Positions 31,777 to 41,829 of a stretch of 64,000 bases of DNA are shown piece after piece. A program made the translations under genes and the position numbers. How positions within the stretch are numbered: the stretch's first letter is position 1; the number at the start of each line of letters is the position of its first letter. Source of the stretch: an uncultured Candidatus Rokubacteria bacterium (GTDB lineage Bacteria; Methylomirabilota; Methylomirabilia; Rokubacteriales; CSP1-6); contig CAVWFS010000008.1 in the NCBI GenBank assembly GCA_963754315.1, positions 480,001 to 544,000 on the forward strand. Direction: 5' to 3'. The notes under the pieces were generated by a model that made no database searches, was not told the origin of the DNA, and saw only the letters and a program-made list of their open reading frames with translations.

Positions 31777-32643
31777 ATGAAGACCTTCGATCGCAAGGCG
31801 CAGGATGTCGGCAACATCGTGGCTTTGGAGCACGTGAACGTGTGGATCGCCGACCAAGGGCTATGCACACTCTTCTACGTGGTCGGGCTCGGGGGGACCC
31901 GCGATCCCTACCTGATGGTCAGCACCGAGAACATGTGGGTGAACTTCGGTCAGGAGCAATTTCACTTGATCACCAACAAGCCCCAGGTGTTGCGCGGCCA
32001 CACGGGGCTGGTGGTGCCCGACCTGGACGCTCTGCAGGCCAGGCTGGAGGCCGTGCGCCCCAAGCTGGCGGGGACCGCCTTCACCTTCTCGATGGAGGAC
32101 AAGCACGTGGCGGCCACCTGCCCCTGGGGTAATCGCATCCGGTGCTACGCCCCGGGCCCCCAGTTTGGCGACATCAGCCTCGGCATGGCCTACGTCGAGT
32201 TCACGGTGCCGCCGGAAACGGCGTCGGGGATCGCGCGCTTCTACCAGCAGATCATGGGTGCTCCCGCGACCGTGCTCGCCGAGTCGGCGGGTACCGCCGC
32301 TCACGTGCGCGTGGGGGGCCGCCAGGAGTTGATCTTCCGCGAGACGACGGATCCCCTCCCGGCTTACGACGGCCATCACATCGCGGTCTACATCGCGGAC
32401 TTCTCTGGCCCCCACAAGAAGCTGCAGGAGCGCGGCCTCATCTCGGAGGAGAGCAACGACTATCAGTACCGGTTCGTGACCATTGCCGATCCCGACAGCG
32501 GGAAGCCCCTCTTCGAGATCGAGCACGAGGTCCGTAGCTTCACGCATCCGATGTACATGCGGCCAATGGTCAACCGCAATCCGGCGCAGCGGCAAGCGAC
32601 CTGGCAGCGCGGCCGCGACGCCTTCGTACCCGGTCTGGTCTAG
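31777..32643 (+). CDS. Conserved hypothetical protein, possibly VOC/glyoxalase fold
   Basis: LEHVNV, FY..GLG, QFHL, GHHIAVY, FEIEHE pattern; GAGGAG RBS. Confidence 0.65.
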   Translation: MKTFDRKAQDVGNIVALEHVNVWIADQGLCTLFYVVGLGGTRDPYLMVSTENMWVNFGQEQFHLITNKPQVLRGHTGLVVPDLDALQARLEAVRPKLAGTAFTFSMEDKHVAATCPWGNRIRCYAPGPQFGDISLGMAYVEFTVPPETASGIARFYQQIMGAPATVLAESAGTAAHVRVGGRQELIFRETTDPLPAYDGHHIAVYIADFSGPHKKLQERGLISEESNDYQYRFVTIADPDSGKPLFEIEHEVRSFTHPMYMRPMVNRNPAQRQATWQRGRDAFVPGLV

Positions 32644-32648
32644 TCCGC

Positions 32649-33422
32649 GTGGCCGACGAGGTCCTGACCTCGGTTGAGGGCGGTGTCGCCACTGTCCGGC
32701 TGAATCGGCCGGCCAAGCGCAACGCCCTCAACACGGCCGCCCTGGCAGGTCTCCGTGCGCAGTTCGACCTCCTGGACGACGACCGCGCTGTGCGCGTGGT
32801 CGTCGTCCGCGGCGAGGGCAAGGCCTTCTGCTCGGGGATGGACCTCGAGGAGATGAAGCAACGTCAGCAGGCGGAGGCCGATCCCGAGAGTCTGGTCACG
32901 GCCGTGCTGCAGCGGATCGAGCAATCGCGGCACCCCACCATCGCCATGGTCCACGGCGATGCGTTCGCGGGGGGATGCGAGCTGGCGTTGCACTGTGATC
33001 TTCGCATCGTGGCCGACGTGGCCCGCTTCTGTATGCCCCTGGCGCGCATCGGGCTCGTGGTTCCCTTTGTCCTTGGCCAGAAGCTCGTCGAGATCATCGG
33101 GCCCGCCCACACCCGACATCTGCTCTTCACAGGGCAGGTCGTCGAGGCTCGGCGGGCGCTCGAGATCGGGATGGTCCACCAGATGGTCAGCCTGCCTGAG
33201 CTCGAACGCGTGACCTACGAGACGGCGCGCTCGATTGCCCAGAACGCCCCCCTCTCGCTGACGGGCATGAAGGCGGTGATCCAGCGGGCGGTTGCCCTGC
33301 GCGACCGCATCGACCACGACGACCTCGACGCGCTGGCCGGGCGCGCTCGCAAGAGCGTCGACGCTCGGGAGGGTGTGCGGGCCATGCTCGAGAAACGCCC
33401 TCCCCAATTCCGAGGCGAATGA
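32649..33422 (+). CDS. Enoyl-CoA hydratase/isomerase (crotonase) family
   Basis: LNRPAKRNAL, AFCSGMDL, GGGCE-like AGGCELALHCDL, EKRPPQF. Confidence 0.9.
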   Translation: MADEVLTSVEGGVATVRLNRPAKRNALNTAALAGLRAQFDLLDDDRAVRVVVVRGEGKAFCSGMDLEEMKQRQQAEADPESLVTAVLQRIEQSRHPTIAMVHGDAFAGGCELALHCDLRIVADVARFCMPLARIGLVVPFVLGQKLVEIIGPAHTRHLLFTGQVVEARRALEIGMVHQMVSLPELERVTYETARSIAQNAPLSLTGMKAVIQRAVALRDRIDHDDLDALAGRARKSVDAREGVRAMLEKRPPQFRGE

Positions 33423-33441
33423 GGGGGACGAATTCCTCGCT

Positions 33442-35358
33442 TCAGCCGCGCCAGCTCATACCAGGCAGGTAAGCCTCCCGCCACAGCTCGAAGGTGAGCA
33501 GGCTCCACAACACCTTGCGGTGATCCCGCTGATGTCTGACATGCTCGGACACCAGACGTGCCACCGGTTCCGGATCCAGCAGTCCCGTTTGGCGCAGTCG
33601 TTCGGGCGCGAGCGTCGCTTCGAGCATCGGCCGCAGAGGGCCCCGGAGCCACTGAGCGATCGGCACCCCGAACCCCTGCTTTCGCCGCGTCAGGATCGTC
33701 TCCGGTAGGCGCCCGGCCATGGCGCGCTTGAGAACGTACTTGGTGGTCCAGCCCCGGACCTTGAAGGCCGGGGGCATGGCACAGGCCAGCTCCACGACAC
33801 CAGGGTCGAGGAAGGGGGCGCGTGCCTCGACGCCGCACGCCATCGTCCCCCGGTCCATCTTCACCAAGGTCTGCCCGGCCAGATACAGCTTGCAGTGATG
33901 ATAGACGAGACGGCTGATGGGATCCTCCGGGGGCGCGCAGGCCATGATGTCGGCGACGTCGTCGTAAGGGTCGAACGACGCGCAGCTCTCCCGCACGGAC
34001 GGGGAGAGGAGGTGCCGTTGCTCACCGAGACTGAGCCCTCCCATCATGATCTGGATGGCGGCGTCTCGGGAATGCGTGGCGCCTCGGAAGAATTGCTTCA
34101 GGAGAAAGCTTGGACTCCCGTACCGACTCGAGGTGGGCAGCGCGTCGACCAGTCGGGCCATCGTCCGCGGGACGGCCGACGGCAGGCGGCGCACCCATCC
34201 CATCGGGGTCACGGCCAGAAAGGTCGGGTATCCACACAAGAGCTCGTCGCCCCCGTCCCCACTGAGGGCGACCGTGACCGCCTTTCGTGTGTGGCGGGCG
34301 AGATGGATGGTAGGAAGGAAGGCCGGATCGGCGAGCGGTTCGTCGAGCAAGCTCCCCAGGCGCGGGAGGAGTGCCGCCGCCTCGCCCGCGGTGAAGGTGA
34401 ATTGGTGATGTTCGGTGCCGAGCCGCTCGGCCACGGCGCGCGCGAAACGCTCCTCGTTGTAGCTCGATTCCTCGAAGCCGATCGAGAAGCTCTTGAATCG
34501 CTGCCCGGGGGCGACGGCGACGGCCGCCGCCGTTACCGCGCTCGAGTCGAGGCCGCCACTCAGGAAGATCCCGACGGGCACGTCACTCACGAGGCGATGC
34601 CGTACCGACGTGCACAGCGCGCTCCAGAGTTCATCCGCCCACGCTTCCGCCCTGGAGGGTCGGCGGCCGCCCGGGCGGGAAGCTTCGAAGGGAATGTTCC
34701 AGTAGCAGCTCACCTGAGTCTTTCCGGACGTCACCGTCAGGAAGTGTCCGGGAGGCAGTTTGAGGACACCCTCGAGGATCGTGTGGGGATCGGGCAGGTA
34801 GCCGCTCGTGAGGTAACGTGAGAACCCACGCAGGTCGAGCTCGCGCCCGATCTCGGGATGCGCCAGGAGGGCGCGTATCTCGGAGCCGAAAACGAACCAC
34901 CCATTGCGCTCCGCGTAGTAGAGGGGCTTCTCGCCCATGCGATCACGGGCGATGAGCAAGGTCTGGCGTTCGGCGTCCCACAGCACGAAGGCGAACATCC
35001 CGTTGAAGTGCGCCAGGCACTCGTCACCAAATTCCTCGTACGCGTGAACGATCACCTCGGTATCGGAGCGGGTCGTGAACCGGTGCCCGCGAGTCTGGAG
35101 CGTTTCCCTCAGGCTCTCGAAGTTGTAGATTTCGCCATTGAGCATCGCGTGGATGGTGCCGGTTTCGTTGGCAATCGGCTGGTGTCCGGTGCTCAGATCG
35201 ATGATCTGCAGCCGGCGGTGGCCGAGGGCGACCGGCCCGTCGATGTATGCCCCCTCGTCATCAGGACCACGATGCGCGAGACTGGCCATCATGCGCTGGA
35301 GGATGGCCGGATCGGCACACCGCTGCTCGAGGGAGAGGAAGCCGCTAAGACCGCACAT
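33442..35358 (-). CDS. asnB: Asparagine synthase (glutamine-hydrolyzing) family amidotransferase
   Basis: N-terminal Cys (MCGL), HRGPD, NGEIYN, RDRMGEKPLY, LSGGLDSS, SGDGGDE, RKQGF. Confidence 0.93.
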   Translation of the reverse strand: MCGLSGFLSLEQRCADPAILQRMMASLAHRGPDDEGAYIDGPVALGHRRLQIIDLSTGHQPIANETGTIHAMLNGEIYNFESLRETLQTRGHRFTTRSDTEVIVHAYEEFGDECLAHFNGMFAFVLWDAERQTLLIARDRMGEKPLYYAERNGWFVFGSEIRALLAHPEIGRELDLRGFSRYLTSGYLPDPHTILEGVLKLPPGHFLTVTSGKTQVSCYWNIPFEASRPGGRRPSRAEAWADELWSALCTSVRHRLVSDVPVGIFLSGGLDSSAVTAAAVAVAPGQRFKSFSIGFEESSYNEERFARAVAERLGTEHHQFTFTAGEAAALLPRLGSLLDEPLADPAFLPTIHLARHTRKAVTVALSGDGGDELLCGYPTFLAVTPMGWVRRLPSAVPRTMARLVDALPTSSRYGSPSFLLKQFFRGATHSRDAAIQIMMGGLSLGEQRHLLSPSVRESCASFDPYDDVADIMACAPPEDPISRLVYHHCKLYLAGQTLVKMDRGTMACGVEARAPFLDPGVVELACAMPPAFKVRGWTTKYVLKRAMAGRLPETILTRRKQGFGVPIAQWLRGPLRPMLEATLAPERLRQTGLLDPEPVARLVSEHVRHQRDHRKVLWSLLTFELWREAYLPGMSWRG

Positions 35359-35502
35359 GCCGATTTCTGCGCGTCACTCTCCGCGAGAGTCGCATAGGAT
35401 GGTATTACCCGAACGCGGCATCGAGTAGTCGATTCTAACGGAGAGGATAGGGTTGGATCAACGACGCCGGCGCATGATAGCACACGGCTCCGCGGTGCGG
35501 CG

Positions 35503-36294
35503 GTGACCGCCGACCCCGAGCTGTCCGTGATCCTGCCCGTCTACAACGAGGCGGAGAGCCTGCCGTTGCTCTGGCACGAGCTGGCCGAGGTCCTTTCGCG
35601 GCTCCCCGGCGGCGTCGAGGTGATCTTCGTCGACGATGGGTCAACTGACTCCAGCGCGGAGATCATCCGTGGTCTGGGGAAGGACGATCCTCGGATTCGT
35701 CTCCTCCGCCTGGAGGCGAACGCAGGACTGAGCGCGGCCTTCTACGCGGGCTTTCAGGCCGCGCGCGGACGCTTGGTCGCCACCATGGACAGCGATCTGC
35801 AGAGCGATCCGGCCGACCTCCCCGCCCTTCTCGCCGACCTCGACGGCGCCGATGCCGTGATGGGGTGGCGGCAGATCCGATACGATTCGTGGCTGAAGCG
35901 CATCTCCTCCCGTATCGCGAACGGGATCCGAAAAGCAATAACCAGTGATCCCGTCCAGGACAGTGCGTGTAGCCTGCGGGTCATGCGGCGTGAGTGCCTG
36001 GCCGCGGTGCCACCCTACGCGGGCATGCACCGTTTCATCCCCACCCTGGTCCGCCAGGCCGGTTTCCGGGTGAAGCAGGTGGTCGTCCACCATCGCCGCC
36101 GACGGTTTGGGCGCTCGAAGTTCGGGGTGAGCAATCGTGCGTTACCCGCGTTCGTAGACTTGCTGGCCGTGTTGTGGATGATGCGCCGCCGACTTCGGTA
36201 CCGGATCGTCGAGCAGACCGATGCTGCGGGGGCGGACGATGGCCGCGTTCATGCGCACCCGGAGCTCGTCCCGCGGCGGAGCGCCCCCGCCTGA
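35503..36294 (+). CDS. GT2 polyprenol-phosphate glycosyltransferase (ArnC/DPM1-like)
   Basis: SVILPVYNE, VDDGSTD, MDSDLQ, HRFIP. Confidence 0.9.
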   Translation: MTADPELSVILPVYNEAESLPLLWHELAEVLSRLPGGVEVIFVDDGSTDSSAEIIRGLGKDDPRIRLLRLEANAGLSAAFYAGFQAARGRLVATMDSDLQSDPADLPALLADLDGADAVMGWRQIRYDSWLKRISSRIANGIRKAITSDPVQDSACSLRVMRRECLAAVPPYAGMHRFIPTLVRQAGFRVKQVVVHHRRRRFGRSKFGVSNRALPAFVDLLAVLWMMRRRLRYRIVEQTDAAGADDGRVHAHPELVPRRSAPA

Positions 36295-36295
36295 T

Positions 36296-37891
36296 CTAGC
36301 TCCACCCTAGGATCACAAAGCTTCGTCCCCGTGCCTTCACGCGCTCCAGCACGCGGATCCGCGGTGAGACGCGGCCCTGCATCTGAGTCCACACCGTCTC
36401 GCTGGCGAGCACGGGCCCGCCGTGGCTGGCCAGGAATCGCTCGAAAGCGTCCGTCGTGGGAAGCTCCCGCAGCGGGCGTCCGAGATAGTAGTCGACCTCG
36501 AGCCATCCGGTCTCGTAGAGGACACCGGCCTCCTGGCCCCGCGCGTGCGCCTCGAGCCGGGCCGCCAGACGGGGGATCTCCGGCGGGCCGCTCAGGCGCG
36601 TGTTGTGAAGCCACGTCCCGTAGGCGAACAGGACGACCATGGCCGCGCTCGCACCGCCCACGAGCAGGGCTGGACGCCCGCGCCCTAGCCCTGCCCACAC
36701 GCTCAGGGCGAGGAGCCACCCGGCAAGCATGAGCGGGATGAGGGTCACTGAAAACTCAGAGATGCCGAGCGCGCCCCGGAAGGCCGATGGACCAGGAAGG
36801 ACCAGGAGCGTGCTTGCGGCCCCGACTCCGATCAGGGCTACCCACGCGACGACACGTGCAACTCGTGTGGGTCGGGTGCCGTGGGCATCGGCCCACCACG
36901 CGATGAGAAGCGCAAAAGCGGGAGCGGAGGCAAGCAGGTAGCGGGTGCGATAGTGCGCCGACATGACGACGGCGAAGAGCGGCACCAGGAAGGACAGAAG
37001 AGCGAACGCCACCGATGGAGTGCGGCGAGCGGCCACGGCCGGGACGAGCGCGAGCGGTACGAGCGCGATCCAGGGGGCAAAGAACCCAAGTGAGTCCAGT
37101 GCTCCTCGAGTCAGGGCACTGCCGGGTCCGCCACGGGTGTAGGCAGCCACCCAGTCCTGCCAGAGCACGGTGTGCGCGTAGGTTCCGCTGCCGAGGGTGA
37201 GGAACGGCACGACCCAGGTGAGCGTGATAGCGACGAAGAGCAGCACGCCAGAGGTGCTCCACAAGCGCGTCACGATGGCCCTGGCGCCTTGCTGGTTCCA
37301 CAGCCAGAGGGCAGCGACGACGAGCGGGAGCAGCCCCAGCGGCCCCTTGGCGTAGACAGCGAGCCCGAGCGTACCGTAGAAAAGGACACGGGCGCCGCGG
37401 CCGGGAGGGTCTTCCATGGCGCGCCAGAACCAGTACGTGGCGGCCGTCGCGAAGGCCGCCACGATCATATCTGGTAGAAGGATCTGGCTGTGCCGGAAGA
37501 ATCCGGCTGTCGTAGCCAGGATCAGCCCGGCCCAGAGGCCGACCCGCCTGTTGAACAGTCGATCACCGAGCAGGCACGTGAACACGGCGGCCACGATGGC
37601 CGCGAGAGCCACCGGGGCGTGGGCGGCGGCCTCGCTCACCCGCCCGGCGGGCAAGGCGAGGGCGGCAATGGTCCACGCGTAGAGAGGCGGTTTCTCCCGG
37701 AAGAGCTTGCCGCGCAGCCGCACGTCGAACAGGGCGCGGTGAGCAAGGACCTCACGGGCATAGAGAATGAATCGCGCCTCGTCGGTGGTGACGACCATGC
37801 GCTGGCCGACGGGGGGCAGCACGAGCAAGGCGGTCACCAGCGCCACAGAGACCACGGCGACCGCACGGGTGCAGAGCCTCACGAACATCAT
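36296..37891 (-). CDS. GT-C membrane glycosyltransferase, ArnT/PMT family
   Basis: TDEARF, EKPPLYAW, PDM, AKGPLG, RYLL; many TM helices. Confidence 0.85.
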   Translation of the reverse strand: MMFVRLCTRAVAVVSVALVTALLVLPPVGQRMVVTTDEARFILYAREVLAHRALFDVRLRGKLFREKPPLYAWTIAALALPAGRVSEAAAHAPVALAAIVAAVFTCLLGDRLFNRRVGLWAGLILATTAGFFRHSQILLPDMIVAAFATAATYWFWRAMEDPPGRGARVLFYGTLGLAVYAKGPLGLLPLVVAALWLWNQQGARAIVTRLWSTSGVLLFVAITLTWVVPFLTLGSGTYAHTVLWQDWVAAYTRGGPGSALTRGALDSLGFFAPWIALVPLALVPAVAARRTPSVAFALLSFLVPLFAVVMSAHYRTRYLLASAPAFALLIAWWADAHGTRPTRVARVVAWVALIGVGAASTLLVLPGPSAFRGALGISEFSVTLIPLMLAGWLLALSVWAGLGRGRPALLVGGASAAMVVLFAYGTWLHNTRLSGPPEIPRLAARLEAHARGQEAGVLYETGWLEVDYYLGRPLRELPTTDAFERFLASHGGPVLASETVWTQMQGRVSPRIRVLERVKARGRSFVILGWS

Positions 37892-37910
37892 GGGTTCCCA
37901 ACCACCGACA

Positions 37911-39581
37911 TCAGTCGAGGGGCGGCCGCCGTCGTGGTGTCGCCTGCTCGTAAGCCCACGCTGCCCGCAGCACCGTGGCCTCGTCGAAGGGCCGCCCCGC
38001 GATCTGGACGCCGATGGGTAATCCGCTCGCGCTGAGACCGCACGGCACCGCCACGGCCGGCGTTCCCGCCAGGCTGAAGGCCGTCGTGTACGACCGGCGG
38101 GTGAAGAAGCGCGCGGCCGCTTCCGCCTTGCTGGTGACCGCGGCCTGCATCGCGGCGATGGGCGGTGCCGGGCGCGGCCCCGCCGGCGCCATCAGGACAT
38201 CGACCTTGCCGAGCGCCTCGAGGATCTGGGCACGGATCAAGGCCCGCGCGCGCGTGGCCTGATGATAGACAGTGGTCGGCAGAAGGCCGGCCGTGAGCAG
38301 CCGCCGCCTCGTCCCGGCATCGTAGTCGCGAGCCCGCGTGCTCAGCCACCCTCGATGAAGACCGGCGCCCTCCGAGTCGGCGATGGCCATGAACACGGCA
38401 CCCGCCATTGGGATGAGCGGGAGGGAGACCTCCTCGATGATCGCGCCGAGGCCACCGAGCACGTCGGCGGCCGCCTTCACGGCCGCGCGCACCTCGGGAT
38501 CAGTGCCCGCGCCGAGAGCGAGCTCCTGCACGAGTCCGACCCTTAGGCCCCGCACCCCGGCCCCCAGCCTGGTCCTCACGTCCTCCGGCTGTCCCTGATG
38601 CAGGAGAGGGTCGCGCTGGTCGGGACCGGCCATCGCGCCCAGAACAATCGCAGCGTCCTCCACCGTCCGCGTGAGGGGCCCGGCCGCATCCATGGACCAG
38701 CTCAAGGGGAAGCAGCCAGCCCGCGAGACGAGCCCCCATGTCGGCCGCAGTCCCACTGCACCGCAGTAGGCAGCTGGCGAGCGAACCGAGCCCCCCGTGT
38801 CCTCACCGAGCGTGAACCCGGCCAGGGCCGCGGCGGCGGCGATGCCTGAGCCCGACGAAGAGCCGCCTGGGTCGTGGAGACGATTCCACGGATTGCGTGG
38901 TTGGCCGAACGGAAAGTCGATGGTTCCTCCCAGGGCGAACTCGGTCATGTTGAGCTTGCCGAGCAGGATCCCGCCCGCGGCCCGAAGGCGCCCTACGACC
39001 GTCGCGTCGCTCGTCGGGACGTACTCGGCGAGCAACCGTGAGCCCGACGTGGTGCGGAGGCCCGCCGTGTCGAACTGGTCCTTCACCGCGAACGGAATTC
39101 CGTGAAGAGGGCCTGCGGTCGCCCCGCGCGCTGCGCTCGCCTCGGCCCGTCGAGCCTCGGCGAGCGCGGCATCCCCGCACACGGTGATGTACGCCCGGAG
39201 GTCGCCGTCGAGTCTCGAGATCCGCTCAAGGTAGGCCTCGACCAAGGCGACGGGTGACAGCGCGCGGGTCCTGATCAGCTCGGCCAGCTCGCCGACGCTC
39301 CGGTGGACGAGCGGGACGTCACCGGATCCCGTCGCCGAGCGCGGTACCCGGCTCGGGTCCGCTGTGGGCGGGGCGCCGGACAGTCGGGGATCGGCACTGT
39401 GAGAGAGCGCAGGCCAGGCCGGGACTGGCTCCCGGCTGTCAAGAGGCAGATCGCGAAGCGGCGCCAGTGTCTCCAGGAAGGCGTTGAGACGATGCGTCAC
39501 CTCCTCCAGGTCGTCGGGGTATGCCGGCAGGCCCAGGGAGGTTGCGAGAGCGCCCACATGATCCTGACTGAGATCACGCAC
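37911..39581 (-). CDS. GatA-like amidase with N-terminal GatC/AtzG-like extension
   Basis: FAVKDQ, GGSSSGS, EDTGGSVR; the N-terminal ~50 aa resemble GatC; GTG start at 39581 is inferred. Confidence 0.85.
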   Translation of the reverse strand: MRDLSQDHVGALATSLGLPAYPDDLEEVTHRLNAFLETLAPLRDLPLDSREPVPAWPALSHSADPRLSGAPPTADPSRVPRSATGSGDVPLVHRSVGELAELIRTRALSPVALVEAYLERISRLDGDLRAYITVCGDAALAEARRAEASAARGATAGPLHGIPFAVKDQFDTAGLRTTSGSRLLAEYVPTSDATVVGRLRAAGGILLGKLNMTEFALGGTIDFPFGQPRNPWNRLHDPGGSSSGSGIAAAAALAGFTLGEDTGGSVRSPAAYCGAVGLRPTWGLVSRAGCFPLSWSMDAAGPLTRTVEDAAIVLGAMAGPDQRDPLLHQGQPEDVRTRLGAGVRGLRVGLVQELALGAGTDPEVRAAVKAAADVLGGLGAIIEEVSLPLIPMAGAVFMAIADSEGAGLHRGWLSTRARDYDAGTRRRLLTAGLLPTTVYHQATRARALIRAQILEALGKVDVLMAPAGPRPAPPIAAMQAAVTSKAEAAARFFTRRSYTTAFSLAGTPAVAVPCGLSASGLPIGVQIAGRPFDEATVLRAAWAYEQATPRRRPPLD

Positions 39582-39639
39582 GACGCATGTGATATCAGAC
39601 GGGCCGGGGTGGCGGCAAGCCGCGGTATTCTTACCGGCC

Positions 39640-41826
39640 ATGGGATCAAGTCCATACCTGGTACTCCTGCTGTGTCTCGGGCTGGCCGCCTCCGCTGGAT
39701 GCGCCTCCGTCGTCGTCACTCCCCCGACCGTCGCGGCCCCTCCAAAGCCGACGGGCTCGTGGCGCGCCGGCGCGGCCAGGGTCGACTTGACGCCCACGCC
39801 AGGCTTCCCGATGGGAGGGCACTCGCTGGAGGGCCAGACGGCGCGCGGGTACTGGACCCGTCTCTATGCGAACGCGATCTACCTCGAGGATCCGGACGGG
39901 CGCCGGCTCGCTCTGGTGTCGTGTGATCTCTGGTCCATGCCGGCCGGCCTGGCCGATCGGGTGGCCGAGCTGGTCGCCTCCGATCGGCGTGGGGAACAGC
40001 GCCCCGCCGACCGCATCGTCCTCACACGCGATCAACTTCTCCTCGCCGCGACCCACACCCACCAGAGCCCTGGTAATTATTCGACCGCGGCGTCATACAA
40101 CACATTCGGGTCGCCGCACGCGGGCTTCGACAGGAGACTCTTCGAGTTTCTTGCCCATAGGATCAGCGAGGCCATTCGCTCGGCGGCCCGCGCGGCGCGG
40201 CCGGCAGTGGTGACCTACGCCGAGGGACCGGTCGCCGGTCTCGTCCGGAACCGAAGCTTCAGCCCATTTCTGCGTGACGTGGAGGAGGCCAGATCCCTGC
40301 TGGCCGACAATGCGGCGCTCCCGGAACTGGCGGTTCCGGGCGAATACCCACCGACGCCCTTCCCGTTCCCGCGCCGAATCATCTACCGCGCGGTCAGGCC
40401 CCGACTTGCCGTGCTCTCCATGCACGCTCCAGGAGATCGGGCCGACGTCTTCGCCGTGGCCGCATTCGTGGCGGTCCATCCGACCTCGATGGGCGCCCGG
40501 ACCCCGCTCTACACCAGCGATTTTTTCGGCGTGGGGGCGATCCTGAGCGCTCACGCTCTCGGGAAGACCTCGTCCTCCGGGCCGCCTGTAGTGGCGATCT
40601 TCAATGGGGCCGAGGGAGACGTCTCCCCGGCGTGGCAGTGCCGTGATCCCCAACACCCGGAGTCGTGCCAGCAGCGTACGGATGCCATCGCCCTCGGCCG
40701 GATTCTGGCAGCACGCATTACCGAGTTGAGCCGGCAGGGCCAACCGGTAGCGGGCACGCTTGAACACCGATTCGCGCGTCGCGTCGAACTGGCCGGCCAA
40801 TGCTTGGCTGACCAGCCTTCCGTGTGCACGGCCAAGGAACCGATGATCGGAGCGCCCATGCTTGGCGGCACGCCGGACGGCCGCAGTGAGGCTCACCGGC
40901 TGGGTTGGCGGGAAGGGGTGACCGGATCTCCTACGCCGGATCACGGGCGCAAGCAGCCGGCCCTCGACCCTAAATTCATCTCGGCCGACAGCCCCGTGGG
41001 CATCTCGAAGTTCGTCATGGGCGCCATCGCCACCCCCAACACGATGCCGCTGGGGCTCTATCGGATCGGGCCGGTATTGCTCGCCAGTGTTCCTGGCGAG
41101 TTCACCACCGTGATGGGTCTACGGATCGAACGGGCCCTCGCCAAGGCCATGGCTGACCAGGGCCGGCCAGTCCAGCATGTGATCCTCGTCGGCCTCGCCA
41201 ACGAATACATCTCGTACTTCACCACCCCGGAGGAGTATGCGCTCCAGTTCTACGAAGGCGCGTCGACCGCGTACGGGCCCGCGTCCGGTCCTCTGGTCCA
41301 GGACCGCTTGACCTTGCTGGCGCGCCAGTTCACCGAGCCGTCTTCGCCCGCCCCTCAGCCCGAACCGGTTACCTATTCCCCCGGACCTCTCGCCCAGTAC
41401 GGGATCTGCGACATCAAGCCTCCGGCCGCCTCGACCCAGGGGCTGGGGGGAGTCCTGCAGGATGACAAGGGCCAGCCATTGCTCGACCCGCCCAAGGCGT
41501 GCTGGTCCGACAGTTTCGTCATCCTCCCGTCGACGTACGCGCGCGACCGCCGGGTCACGCCAAACGTCTCGATCGAAATCAGCCGCGCCGGAGGTCCCTG
41601 GGAGCTTCTCACGTCCGCTGATGGAGACGAGAGCGACCAGGGAATCAACTTCGTCACCACCGCCAGCGCCACCTTTCTCTTCCGGTCCAAATGGTGTGCG
41701 ACCTGGCTCGGTAGCGGGCCAACCGACAGCGCCGTCGCCCTCCGCTTTCACATCAGAACCTTGCGCGGGACCAGCATCTACACGCCCATCCCGAACAGGT
41801 CCCCCGGGCCCCGAGTGGGCTCCTGA
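39640..41826 (+). CDS. Neutral/alkaline ceramidase-like lipoprotein
   Basis: SAGC lipobox, AATHTHQSPG, VHPTSM, NGAEGDVSP, PGEFTT, GLANEY..YFTTPEEY, YEG. Confidence 0.85.
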   Translation: MGSSPYLVLLLCLGLAASAGCASVVVTPPTVAAPPKPTGSWRAGAARVDLTPTPGFPMGGHSLEGQTARGYWTRLYANAIYLEDPDGRRLALVSCDLWSMPAGLADRVAELVASDRRGEQRPADRIVLTRDQLLLAATHTHQSPGNYSTAASYNTFGSPHAGFDRRLFEFLAHRISEAIRSAARAARPAVVTYAEGPVAGLVRNRSFSPFLRDVEEARSLLADNAALPELAVPGEYPPTPFPFPRRIIYRAVRPRLAVLSMHAPGDRADVFAVAAFVAVHPTSMGARTPLYTSDFFGVGAILSAHALGKTSSSGPPVVAIFNGAEGDVSPAWQCRDPQHPESCQQRTDAIALGRILAARITELSRQGQPVAGTLEHRFARRVELAGQCLADQPSVCTAKEPMIGAPMLGGTPDGRSEAHRLGWREGVTGSPTPDHGRKQPALDPKFISADSPVGISKFVMGAIATPNTMPLGLYRIGPVLLASVPGEFTTVMGLRIERALAKAMADQGRPVQHVILVGLANEYISYFTTPEEYALQFYEGASTAYGPASGPLVQDRLTLLARQFTEPSSPAPQPEPVTYSPGPLAQYGICDIKPPAASTQGLGGVLQDDKGQPLLDPPKACWSDSFVILPSTYARDRRVTPNVSIEISRAGGPWELLTSADGDESDQGINFVTTASATFLFRSKWCATWLGSGPTDSAVALRFHIRTLRGTSIYTPIPNRSPGPRVGS

Positions 41827-41829
41827 ACG

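Noticed and set aside
33442..35358. Lasso peptide cyclase
   Set aside because: Intact N-terminal Cys glutaminase domain; no precursor, B1 or B2 genes adjacent.
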